Source: Bryobacteraceae bacterium (GTDB taxonomy: Bacteria > Acidobacteriota > Terriglobia > Bryobacterales > Bryobacteraceae). From it: a stretch of DNA of 64,000 nt. Both the position numbers and the translations under genes were made by a program. Shown here one piece after another: positions 17,816-26,013 of the stretch (positions are counted from its first letter, which is position 1; each line of letters opens with the position of its first letter). The notes below the pieces were generated by a model. That model saw nothing but the letters and a program-made list of their open reading frames with translations, did not search any database and was not told where the DNA came from. The stretch covers positions 2,225 through 66,224 of the forward strand of contig JBKQPG010000044.1 of NCBI GenBank assembly GCA_052145115.1, written 5' to 3'.

Positions 17816-18313
17816 TCAGTGGCCGTTGACGCGAGCCTCGGCCATAGCGACGGCCTCGGCCTGGAACGGCAGGGTCTTCAAGAACTCCACCATGTCGGGT
17901 TCCGATCGCAGCAGATCCCGCAGGGTGGTCTTCTCGAGGATGCCGTCGAGGGTAGTCTGCACGGTTCTCCACAACATCCGAACCGTGCAATCGCCGCTGT
18001 GCATGCAGGCGCGTTCGAGGCCGGCGTGACGGCCGCAGAAGTGGTCGTTGTAGAAGCTACCCCCTAGCATCGCAAGCACTTCGGCAACGGATACGCGATC
18101 CGCGGTACGGGACAGAGTGTAGCCTCCGGCCTGGCCGCGGACGCTGGCGACGAGCCCTCCGAGGCGGAGAATTCGCATCAGTTTGGCGACATTGGGGACC
18201 GACAAGCCCTCGGCGCGGCTGATTTCGGGGATGCTGTGACTGCGCGTCTCGCCATGGCGAGCCATGTACAAGAGGCACCGAAGGCCATACTCTTCCTGAG
18301 CGCTCAGTTTCAT
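17816..18313 (-). CDS. Rrf2-family transcriptional regulator (IscR/NsrR-like, three Cys)
   Basis: MKLSAQEEYGLRCLLYMA...SIPEISRAEGLSVPNVAKLMRILRLGGLVASVRGQAGGYTL. The cysteines in FCGRH...CMHSGDC are consistent with Fe-S ligation. Confidence 0.9.
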   Translation of the reverse strand: MKLSAQEEYGLRCLLYMARHGETRSHSIPEISRAEGLSVPNVAKLMRILRLGGLVASVRGQAGGYTLSRTADRVSVAEVLAMLGGSFYNDHFCGRHAGLERACMHSGDCTVRMLWRTVQTTLDGILEKTTLRDLLRSEPDMVEFLKTLPFQAEAVAMAEARVNGH

Positions 18314-18519
18314 GTACAGTATTTTAAGTCTTTTCTAATCAGATGAATAGAGAAAAATGAATAGTATCTAAATACTAGTAATATCGGACTATGTACTCTT
18401 AAATCATGTTAACGCTTCCCCACGAGGCGCGGCGATCCGGCAGAATAGGACGATAGACAGAAGATTGGGACGCGCCGCGCGACGGGCAGTCGGAGGAGGC
18501 GCGCGCGGCGGGAGAACAG
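18314..18519. promoter_or_regulatory. AT-rich divergent control region with palindromes (candidate Rrf2 operator)
   Basis: TAGTAT-ctaa-ATACTA (18361-18376), TACTAGTA (18372-18379), and a direct repeat ATGAATAG at 18342 and 18356. The GC content is far below its surroundings. Confidence 0.5.
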
Positions 18520-21078
18520 ATGTCGTTTGAGATTCACCCGGTCAGGGAATTCGTGGTCAGTCCGGCGCTGCCGCCGCCGTTGGCGCGGCTGGGCGAGCTG
18601 AGCATGAACCTGCTGTGGACGTGGAATCACACCATCCGGGCAGCGTTCCGGCGGCTCGATCCGGCGCTGTGGCGAGGGTGCGGCTACAATCCGGTCGCGA
18701 TGTTGAGCCGGCTGCCGCAGGCGGCGCTGGACAAGGCGGCGGCGGACCGGGTGTATCTGTCGGTGTACCGCAAGGCGTGCGGGGCGTTCGACGATTACAT
18801 GGCGCAGAAGCCCGAGAGCCTCGGCGGGAACGCGATGCAGGTGGCGTATTTTTCGATGGAGTACGGGCTGATCGAATCGCTGACGATCTATTCCGGCGGG
18901 CTGGGGATTCTGTCGGGCGACCATCTGAAAGCGGCGGGCGATGCGGGACTCAACCTGGTGGGCGTGGGGCTGCTGTATCAGACGGGGTATTTTCAGCAAT
19001 ACCTGAGCCCGGACGGATGGCAGACCGAGCGCTATCCGGTAAACGATTTCTACACCTGGCCGGTGGAGCCGGCGCGGGATGCGGCGGGCGGGGAGATCCG
19101 CGTCGAAGTGCAGATGCCGCGCGGGCCGGTGCAAATCAAAGTGTGGCGGCTGAAGGTGGGGCGGGTGAGCCTGCTGCTGCTGGATACGAACGTGGCGGAA
19201 AATGCGGCGATGCCGGAGTATCGCGACATCACGGACCAGCTGTACGGCGGCGACACGCACGTGCGGATGCGGCAGGAGATCGTGCTGGGCATCGGCGGGC
19301 TGCGGGCGCTGAAGGCGCTGGGGCTGCATCCGACGGTGTTCCACATGAACGAGGGCCATTCGGCGTTCCTGGCGCTGGAGCGCAGCCGGCTGTTGATGAG
19401 CGAACAAGGGATGAGCTTCGACGAGGCGCTGGAGGCCTCGCGCACGAACAACGTATTCACGACGCACACGCCGGTGCCGGCGGGCATCGACATGTTCGAC
19501 CCGAGCCTGGTGTACGAGTATTTCGGCCACTACTGCCGCGAGTACGGGATCCCGTTCGACCGCTTCCTGGAGCTGGGCCGCAACGGGAACCGCGAACAGG
19601 GCGACCGGTTTTCGATGGCGGTGTTCGCGCTGTCGGCCTCGAGCTACCGCAACGCAGTGAGCAAACTGCATGCGGAAGTGTCGCAGGAGATGTTCCAGAA
19701 CCTGTGGCCGGATCTGCCGGTGCGGGAGGTGCCGGTGACGCCGATCACCAATGGCGTGCACCTGCCGACGTGGCTGAACGGCGACCTGGCGCAACTGTAC
19801 GACACCTACCTGCAGCCGGATTGGCGCGAGCGCTACACGGAGGCGGCGGTGTGGGACCAGGCGCGGGAGATCCCCAACAACGAAATGTGGGAGGCGCACC
19901 GGCGGCGCAAGCGCAAGCTTGTGGCGTTCGTACGCGAGCGGCTGCTGCAGCGGGGCGAGCAGCGGCGGGCCTCAAAGACGGAGCTGAAGCGCATCTTCGA
20001 GATGTTCGATCCGGACGTGTTCACGATCGGATTCGCGCGCCGGTTCGCGACCTACAAGCGGGCCACGCTGCTGTTCCGCGATCGCGAGCGGCTGAAGCGG
20101 CTGGTGGCGAACGAGAAGATGCCGGTGCAGATTATCATCGCCGGCAAGGCGCATCCGCAGGACAATCCGGGCAAGCAGTTCATCCGCGAGGTGGTGCAGT
20201 TCACGCGCGATCCCGAGCTGGCGCGCTACGTCACGTTCATCGAGGACTACGACATCCAGGTGGGGCGCGAGCTGGTGCAGGGCGTGGACCTGTGGCTGAA
20301 CAACCCGCGGCGCGGGGAGGAGGCGTGCGGGACGTCGGGCATGAAGGCGGCGATCAACGGGGTGCTGAACTTTTCGATTCTGGACGGGTGGTTCGATGAA
20401 GCCTTCGAGAGCTCGGGGGGATGGGCCATCGGGGACCGGTCGCCGTACACGCCGGACCAGGACGAGCTGCACGCGTCGTACATATATTCGGTGCTGGAGA
20501 ACGAGATTGTTCCGATGTACTACCAGCAGCGCGAGGAGGGGGTGCCGAACGCCTGGATACAGCGGGTGAAGCAGTCGCTGATGAACCTCAGCCCGCAGTT
20601 CAACTGCCAGCGCATGATCCACGAATACACGGCGCTGCTGTACGCTCCGGCGCATGACGGCTACGCGGGGGTGCGGCGGGACGGCTTCCAGGCGGCGCGG
20701 GAGAAGGTGACGTGGATGAGTGAGGTGGACCGGGTGTGGGACGGCGTACGGATCGAGGACGCGACACCGGAGACGGGGAATTCGCTGCTGACCGGGCAGA
20801 CGGTGCTGTTGCGGGCGGGGGTGTATCTGAACGGGCTGCAGCCGGGCGACGTGCGGGTGGAAGCGGTGGTGGGACCGGTGAGCCCGGATGGTCTGCTGGA
20901 GGAAACGATGGTGGTCTCCCTGCCGCCGACAGCCGAGCAGGGCGGAGCGCACGTATTCGAGCGGGAATTCGCGCCGCACCGGACGGGACGGCTGGGCTAC
21001 ACGCTGCGGATTGCGCCCAATCACGCCGAGGACCCGCTGTCGCGGCCGTGCCGGGCGCCGATGAAGTGGGCGCGGTAG
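18520..21078 (+). CDS. glgP: Alpha-glucan (glycogen/maltodextrin) phosphorylase, GT35
   Basis: 852 aa. GGLGILSGDHLKAAGD, LLYQTGYFQQ, and GTSGMKAAINGVLNFSILDGWFDE (PLP lysine motif). Confidence 0.9.
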   Translation: MSFEIHPVREFVVSPALPPPLARLGELSMNLLWTWNHTIRAAFRRLDPALWRGCGYNPVAMLSRLPQAALDKAAADRVYLSVYRKACGAFDDYMAQKPESLGGNAMQVAYFSMEYGLIESLTIYSGGLGILSGDHLKAAGDAGLNLVGVGLLYQTGYFQQYLSPDGWQTERYPVNDFYTWPVEPARDAAGGEIRVEVQMPRGPVQIKVWRLKVGRVSLLLLDTNVAENAAMPEYRDITDQLYGGDTHVRMRQEIVLGIGGLRALKALGLHPTVFHMNEGHSAFLALERSRLLMSEQGMSFDEALEASRTNNVFTTHTPVPAGIDMFDPSLVYEYFGHYCREYGIPFDRFLELGRNGNREQGDRFSMAVFALSASSYRNAVSKLHAEVSQEMFQNLWPDLPVREVPVTPITNGVHLPTWLNGDLAQLYDTYLQPDWRERYTEAAVWDQAREIPNNEMWEAHRRRKRKLVAFVRERLLQRGEQRRASKTELKRIFEMFDPDVFTIGFARRFATYKRATLLFRDRERLKRLVANEKMPVQIIIAGKAHPQDNPGKQFIREVVQFTRDPELARYVTFIEDYDIQVGRELVQGVDLWLNNPRRGEEACGTSGMKAAINGVLNFSILDGWFDEAFESSGGWAIGDRSPYTPDQDELHASYIYSVLENEIVPMYYQQREEGVPNAWIQRVKQSLMNLSPQFNCQRMIHEYTALLYAPAHDGYAGVRRDGFQAAREKVTWMSEVDRVWDGVRIEDATPETGNSLLTGQTVLLRAGVYLNGLQPGDVRVEAVVGPVSPDGLLEETMVVSLPPTAEQGGAHVFEREFAPHRTGRLGYTLRIAPNHAEDPLSRPCRAPMKWAR

Positions 21079-21328
21079 CGGGGCGCGGCAGGAGAGAATC
21101 GGGCGGTCAAGCGCAAGACTATAGATTCCTGGCGCGAACCGTGGTAAGAAGGAATTGAGCCGCTGGAGATGCGCGGGACGACCCTGGGCCCGCGAGAGGT
21201 TCCCGCGGAAGGCCAGCTTCGCAAATCCGCACTCACCGAGGACGGCGGCTGAGTACTCAGCCCTCCGGATCAGCGCGAAGCGGCGTGCAACGATTCGATT
21301 CATCCCCCGGCGAAGGAGCGCATGCCCC

Positions 21329-21823
21329 ATGGATGGCGACCGCAAGTACAGGCAACGCGGCTACATGGATTCCAACGACGCGCAGGACGCCCAGTCCTCG
21401 CGGGATGGGAAGCCGAAGCCTAAAGGGCCCAAGCCGCCGATCGACATCACCGGTCCGCGGCTGCCGCGCCTGGTGGAGAGCGTGACGGCGTCGCGCTGTT
21501 ACAATTGCGCGACCGCGCTGCCGGCGGACATAGAGTTCAGCGGCAATTGCCCCAAGTGCCACGCGGCGTTGCACTGCTGCAAACAGTGCAGTTGGTTTGA
21601 GCCGTCGACCCGTTTCCAGTGCACCAAACCGATTAAAGAGCGCATTGCGGTGAAGGACGCGGCGAACCAGTGCGAGTTCTTCCGCGCGCGCGTGACGGTG
21701 GCGCGGGACGGCGCGGCGGGAGGGAGCATGGTCCGGCCGCCGATGGGCGACCGGCCGCCGGTGCTTGCGCCTAAGACCGAGAGTGACGCGCGGATCGCGT
21801 TCGATAATCTGTTTAAGAAGTGA
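21329..21823 (+). CDS. Cys-rich zinc-ribbon protein, unknown function
   Basis: The ATG at 21329 follows an AAGGAG RBS. CYNC...CPKC...CCKQC...C..FQC pattern. The track ORF is extended to 21155. Confidence 0.6.
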   Translation: MDGDRKYRQRGYMDSNDAQDAQSSRDGKPKPKGPKPPIDITGPRLPRLVESVTASRCYNCATALPADIEFSGNCPKCHAALHCCKQCSWFEPSTRFQCTKPIKERIAVKDAANQCEFFRARVTVARDGAAGGSMVRPPMGDRPPVLAPKTESDARIAFDNLFKK

Positions 21824-21877
21824 GGCGCGGGACGGGCGCCGGCGGCCGGGGCAAGGTCCGGAGCCTTCAATTCAGCT

Positions 21878-22915
21878 ATGGCGATTGCAGAACTTTCCGC
21901 GCCACGGCGCTTCAGTTTGCGCGAAAATGACCTGCCGGACCCGCCGCCGGGCGAGGTGCAAGTGCGGGTGGAGGCGGTCGGCATCTGCGGCAGCGACCTG
22001 CACTACTTCTCCGAGGGACACACCGGCGATACGCCGGCCATATACCCGATGGTGCTGGGCCACGAGCCCGCCGGGACGGTGCTGCGTCTGGGGGCGGGGG
22101 TGACCGGGTGGACGGCCGGCGACCGCGTGGCGCTGGAAGCGCCGATCTATTGCTACCACTGCGAATTCTGCATGAGCGGGCGGCACAACCTGTGCGACCA
22201 CGTGCGCTTCATGAGTTCTCCCACGGAGCCGGGCTTCTTCCGCGAGAGGGTGAATCTGCCGGTGGAGAACCTGCTGCGGCTGCCGGCAAACCTGGACTAC
22301 GCGGAGGCCTCGTTGTGGGAGCCGCTGGGCATCATTCTGCACTCGTTCCACTTCGCTGAGCCGAAGGTGGGCGACACGGCGGCCGTTTTCGGCGCGGGAC
22401 CGATCGGGCTGACTACGATCGCGGCGCTGAAACTGGCGGGCGTGCGGCGCCTGTGGTGCGTGGAGCCGGTGGCGCACCGGCGTGAGTTGGCGCTGCGGCT
22501 GGGAGCCGATGAAGCGATGGATCCCGGCCAGGCCGATCCGGTGCGCGAGGTGCTGGCGGCGACGGGGCGGCGGGGCGTCGATCTGACGATCGACTGCGCG
22601 GGCAAGGGCGGCAGCATCAACCAGGCGATCGGCATGACGCGCAGCGCCGGCCGGGTGGTGGTGACGGCAGTTCCGTCCGAGCAGCTGGTGGCTATCGAGT
22701 TTCACACCCTGCGGCGCAAGGAACTGAGTTTTCACACGCTGCGGCGGGCCAATCGCACGGGCCACGCGGCCCTGGAACTGCTGTCGCAATACCCGCAGCG
22801 GTTCACGCCGATGGTGACGCACCGCATGGCGCTCGGGGACGTGCAGCGGGCCTTCGAAACGCTGGAGAGTTACTCCGACGGCGTGGGCAAGATCGTGCTG
22901 CTGCCCGAAAAGTAG
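21878..22915 (+). CDS. Zinc-dependent medium-chain dehydrogenase (sorbitol/threonine dehydrogenase-like)
   Basis: GICGSDLHYF, GHEPAGTV, structural-Zn Cys cluster CYHCEFCMSGRHNLC, Rossmann GAGPIGL. Confidence 0.85.
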   Translation: MAIAELSAPRRFSLRENDLPDPPPGEVQVRVEAVGICGSDLHYFSEGHTGDTPAIYPMVLGHEPAGTVLRLGAGVTGWTAGDRVALEAPIYCYHCEFCMSGRHNLCDHVRFMSSPTEPGFFRERVNLPVENLLRLPANLDYAEASLWEPLGIILHSFHFAEPKVGDTAAVFGAGPIGLTTIAALKLAGVRRLWCVEPVAHRRELALRLGADEAMDPGQADPVREVLAATGRRGVDLTIDCAGKGGSINQAIGMTRSAGRVVVTAVPSEQLVAIEFHTLRRKELSFHTLRRANRTGHAALELLSQYPQRFTPMVTHRMALGDVQRAFETLESYSDGVGKIVLLPEK

Positions 22916-22995
22916 TGCGGGGACCGGCCGCGCCGGGCGATAAAAATCCGCGACGACAGTTGTACGTATGAAATTGGTCTTATGATACGTATAGG

Positions 22996-23223
22996 ATGTC
23001 AAAATTAACGTTGAGCATCGACGAGTCCGTCATTACGCGCGCCAAGGAATATGCGAAGAGCCGCGGTATCTCCGTATCGGAGATGGTGGAAACCTACCTG
23101 GCACGCGCGGCGGCCCCGGCGGAGGCCGCGAATGCGCCGCGGATTCTGCGCGCTCTCCGGGGCAGCCTCAAGAAGGCGCATCCGAAGGATTACCGGAAGC
23201 ACCTGGTTAAGAAGTACCGATGA
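22996..23223 (+). CDS. Antitoxin (DUF6364-like) of a type II TA pair
   Basis: 75 aa. MSKLTLSIDESVITRAKEYAKSRGISVSEMVETYL. The stop overlaps the PIN gene start (ATGA). Confidence 0.75.
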   Translation: MSKLTLSIDESVITRAKEYAKSRGISVSEMVETYLARAAAPAEAANAPRILRALRGSLKKAHPKDYRKHLVKKYR

Positions 23224-23633
23224 GACGGGTGCTGCTCGACACGAATGTGATTCTGGACGTTCTGCTGGACCGGAGTCCGCATGCGGCGGCGAGTTCGGCG
23301 GTGTGGGCTGCGGTGGAAGCCGGTCAGGCCGAGGGTCTGCTGGCGGCGCACGCCGTTACGATGATCCACTACCTGATCGAAAGGGAGCTGGGCCCGGCCA
23401 AGGCGCGGCGGATGATGACCAATCTGCTGCGGGTTTTCGGCGTGGCGGCGGTGGACGGGACCGTCATTCAGGAAGCGCTCGAGATCTCCGCCCCCGATTT
23501 CGAGGATGCGGTGGCCGCGTCGGCCGCCCGGCGGGCCGAGTGCGAGCTGATTGTGACTCGCGACCCGCGTAGATTCAAGGATTCGCCAATCCGCGTTCTG
23601 ACGCCGGAGGCCGCGCTGCCTCTGCTAGCGTGA
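23220..23633 (+). CDS. vapC: PIN-domain ribonuclease toxin (VapC-like)
   Basis: 137 aa. LLDTNVILD N-terminus, with acidic residues at FEDAV and TRDPRRF in the usual PIN positions. Confidence 0.8.
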   Translation: MRRVLLDTNVILDVLLDRSPHAAASSAVWAAVEAGQAEGLLAAHAVTMIHYLIERELGPAKARRMMTNLLRVFGVAAVDGTVIQEALEISAPDFEDAVAASAARRAECELIVTRDPRRFKDSPIRVLTPEAALPLLA

Positions 23634-23667
23634 CGGCCGGAAGGCGCGGCAGCGGCCTCCCGAGCGG

Positions 23668-24255
23668 CTAGGCCAGCGGCTGCTCCAGGTCCATGAAGTA
23701 ATAGCACAGCATGTGGGCAACGATCATGTGGGCGTCCTCGATGCGGCCCATGTGCGGCTCGGCGACGTTGATGTCGAGCTGCACCAGGCGCCCGAGCTGG
23801 CCGCCATCGCGGCCGGTCAGGCCGATGGTCTTCAAGCCGGCGGCGTTGGCGTATTCGACCGCGCGCAGCACGTTGGGCGAGTTGCCGGAGCCGCTAATGG
23901 CCAGCAGCACGTCGCCCGGCCGGGCGAAATTCTTCAACTGCTCGACGAAGACGCAATCGTAGGAGACGTCGTTGGAGTAGGCCGTGATGGTGGGGAGGCT
24001 GTCGGTGAGCGCCTGGATGCGGAAGCGCGCCGGGCGCTTGTAGCTGGCGCCCTTGACCATGTCGCAGACGAAGTGCGAGGCGGTGGAGGCGCTGCCGCCG
24101 TTGCCGCAGGTGAAGATGGCGCGATCGAGCGCGCGGGCCTCCTTCAGCCATTCGATGGCCTGTTCCACGCGCGCCAATGGAATCGCGTCGATGGCTTGGA
24201 AAAGCCGCGCCTTGTAGTCACTCACAAATGCAGTCATTGCCCGTTTCCCTTTCAA
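23668..24255 (-). CDS. gmhA: SIS-domain D-sedoheptulose-7-phosphate isomerase
   Basis: FTCGNGGSASTASHFVCD and ISGSGNSPNV motifs. 195 aa. Confidence 0.85.
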   Translation of the reverse strand: MKGKRAMTAFVSDYKARLFQAIDAIPLARVEQAIEWLKEARALDRAIFTCGNGGSASTASHFVCDMVKGASYKRPARFRIQALTDSLPTITAYSNDVSYDCVFVEQLKNFARPGDVLLAISGSGNSPNVLRAVEYANAAGLKTIGLTGRDGGQLGRLVQLDINVAEPHMGRIEDAHMIVAHMLCYYFMDLEQPLA

Positions 24256-25163
24256 CCCTCATCCAACGCCAGCGCCAGGGCGCCCCACAGCACGCTGTCG
24301 TCGCCCAGCGCGGCCGGCACGACGTCGATGCGGGCGCGCGACCAAGCCGTGATCTGGCGGCCCAACTCTTCCCGCAGCGGGACGAACAGAGCGTCGCCGG
24401 CCTTGGAAATGCCGCCTCCGATCACCAGTTTCGCAGGATTGAGGAGCATGATTGCGGCCTTCAGACCCAGGGCCAGGTCGACGACGTAGCGGCGCACAAA
24501 GGCCGGGTCGCGCAGCAGGTCAACGGCCGGACGCCCGTGGTCGCGCTCGAGCCCCATGCCGCCGCAAATGCGTTCAAAGCAGCCACAAGCGCCGCACAGG
24601 CACTCCGGTCCGCCGGGGCGGATGGTCATGTGGCCGATCTCGCCGGCATAGGAGTCGGCGCCCCGCAACACGCCCGCGGCCGTGAGAATGCCGCCGCCGA
24701 TGCCGGTGGAAAGGGTCATGTAAAACAGCGGGCGGCAGCCGCGGCCGGCGCCATAGAGGCCCTCGCCGAGGGATCCCGTATTGGCGTCGTTGTCCATGCG
24801 GACCGGGACCTGGAAATGGGTGCGCAGCCACTCGACCAGATCGAAACCGGGCCAGCCGGGGACGTGGGTGGAGAGAACGATTTTCTGGGTCGCGAAGTGC
24901 ACCGGCCCGCCAAAGCCCACGCCGATCCTCTCAAACTCGGTGTCTTTTTGCCACGCCGCGGCGATTTCAGCAATGCGTGCCGTCATCCACTGCGGCCCGC
25001 CCGTGCGGTCGGTGGTACGGGATTCGCGCCGCGTCATGAGCCACGCCGCACCGCGGTCCGCGCCGCGGACGGCGTCCGCGGGTTGAGCCGCGCCGGGCGC
25101 CGCGCGTTCGAACAGGGCGATGGTGAACTTCGTGCCGCCAATGTCGATGGCGAGAATGGACAT
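24252..25163 (-). CDS. ROK-family sugar kinase
   Basis: MSILAIDIGGTKF start preceded by GGGAGGGA. GEIGH and the CxCGxxGC zinc motif (CLCGACGCFE). 4-nt overlap with gmhA. The track ORF is over-extended to 25262. Confidence 0.85.
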   Translation of the reverse strand: MSILAIDIGGTKFTIALFERAAPGAAQPADAVRGADRGAAWLMTRRESRTTDRTGGPQWMTARIAEIAAAWQKDTEFERIGVGFGGPVHFATQKIVLSTHVPGWPGFDLVEWLRTHFQVPVRMDNDANTGSLGEGLYGAGRGCRPLFYMTLSTGIGGGILTAAGVLRGADSYAGEIGHMTIRPGGPECLCGACGCFERICGGMGLERDHGRPAVDLLRDPAFVRRYVVDLALGLKAAIMLLNPAKLVIGGGISKAGDALFVPLREELGRQITAWSRARIDVVPAALGDDSVLWGALALALDEG

Positions 25164-25292
25164 GGAACTACGACTCCCTCCCGGCGGCGGGTCCGGCATC
25201 GCAGCCGGACGCAGGGTTGCGGCACAGGCCAACACAAATTGTATAAGGGTTCGGCCTCCCAATGCCGGGGCCGCGGCGCAGGGGTCAGGCGG

Positions 25293-25916
25293 TCACATCC
25301 AGTATTCCCAGTGCCGCGTCCCGATGACGAACGCCGCCAGCGCGGCATTGGTTACGGCGTGGGCCAGAACCACGTCGCCGAGGCTGCGCGTGCGCACGGC
25401 CCACCAATTGTAGAGTAGGCCGGCGGCCAAGCCGACGTCCCAGTAGGACCCGTGTTCGAGGGCGAACAGGACGGCTGTGAGAAGGAACGCACGGGCCTCC
25501 CAGGCGCCCACCGGGAGCGACTCAAAATCCTCGCGGATCAGCCAGCGCATGAACCATCCACGCCAGAACAGCTCCTCGGCCAGCGGCACCACCGTGCAGG
25601 CGCGCAGGGTGCGCAGCGCCAGGTCGAACGGAGCCGGCAGGCTATAGCGCGAGCCGGCGAGGCTCAGCCGGCCCATGAGGGAGTTCTGCAGCAGCCAATG
25701 GCCGCGCCAGCCGGGAAAGAGCGCATCGGGCGCGATCCAGACGGCGCAAACTGCGACGCCGACGAGGACGCTGGAGACTGGCCAGCGCACGCGGATGGGC
25801 GGCAGGGCGCGCCAACCCCAGGCCAGCGCTGCGGCGGGCAGCAGCAGCCGGACAAGCAACTCGGCGCGCGCGCCGAGACCCACGGCGGGACACAGCGGGA
25901 TCAGCGCCACGAGCAC
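25293..25916 (-). CDS. CPBP-family intramembrane glutamic endopeptidase (CAAX protease/Abi-like)
   Basis: Polytopic. Motifs EELFWRG, FALEH and HAVTNA. Confidence 0.8.
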   Translation of the reverse strand: MLVALIPLCPAVGLGARAELLVRLLLPAAALAWGWRALPPIRVRWPVSSVLVGVAVCAVWIAPDALFPGWRGHWLLQNSLMGRLSLAGSRYSLPAPFDLALRTLRACTVVPLAEELFWRGWFMRWLIREDFESLPVGAWEARAFLLTAVLFALEHGSYWDVGLAAGLLYNWWAVRTRSLGDVVLAHAVTNAALAAFVIGTRHWEYWM

Positions 25917-26013
25917 TGCGAAGGGGACGACAAACGGCAGGGCTGTACGGTTCAGACGCCCGTCTCCAGTCTAAAAACCGAACCGCGAAGCGTGGCGCAA
26001 AGAGCCCGGCCGC

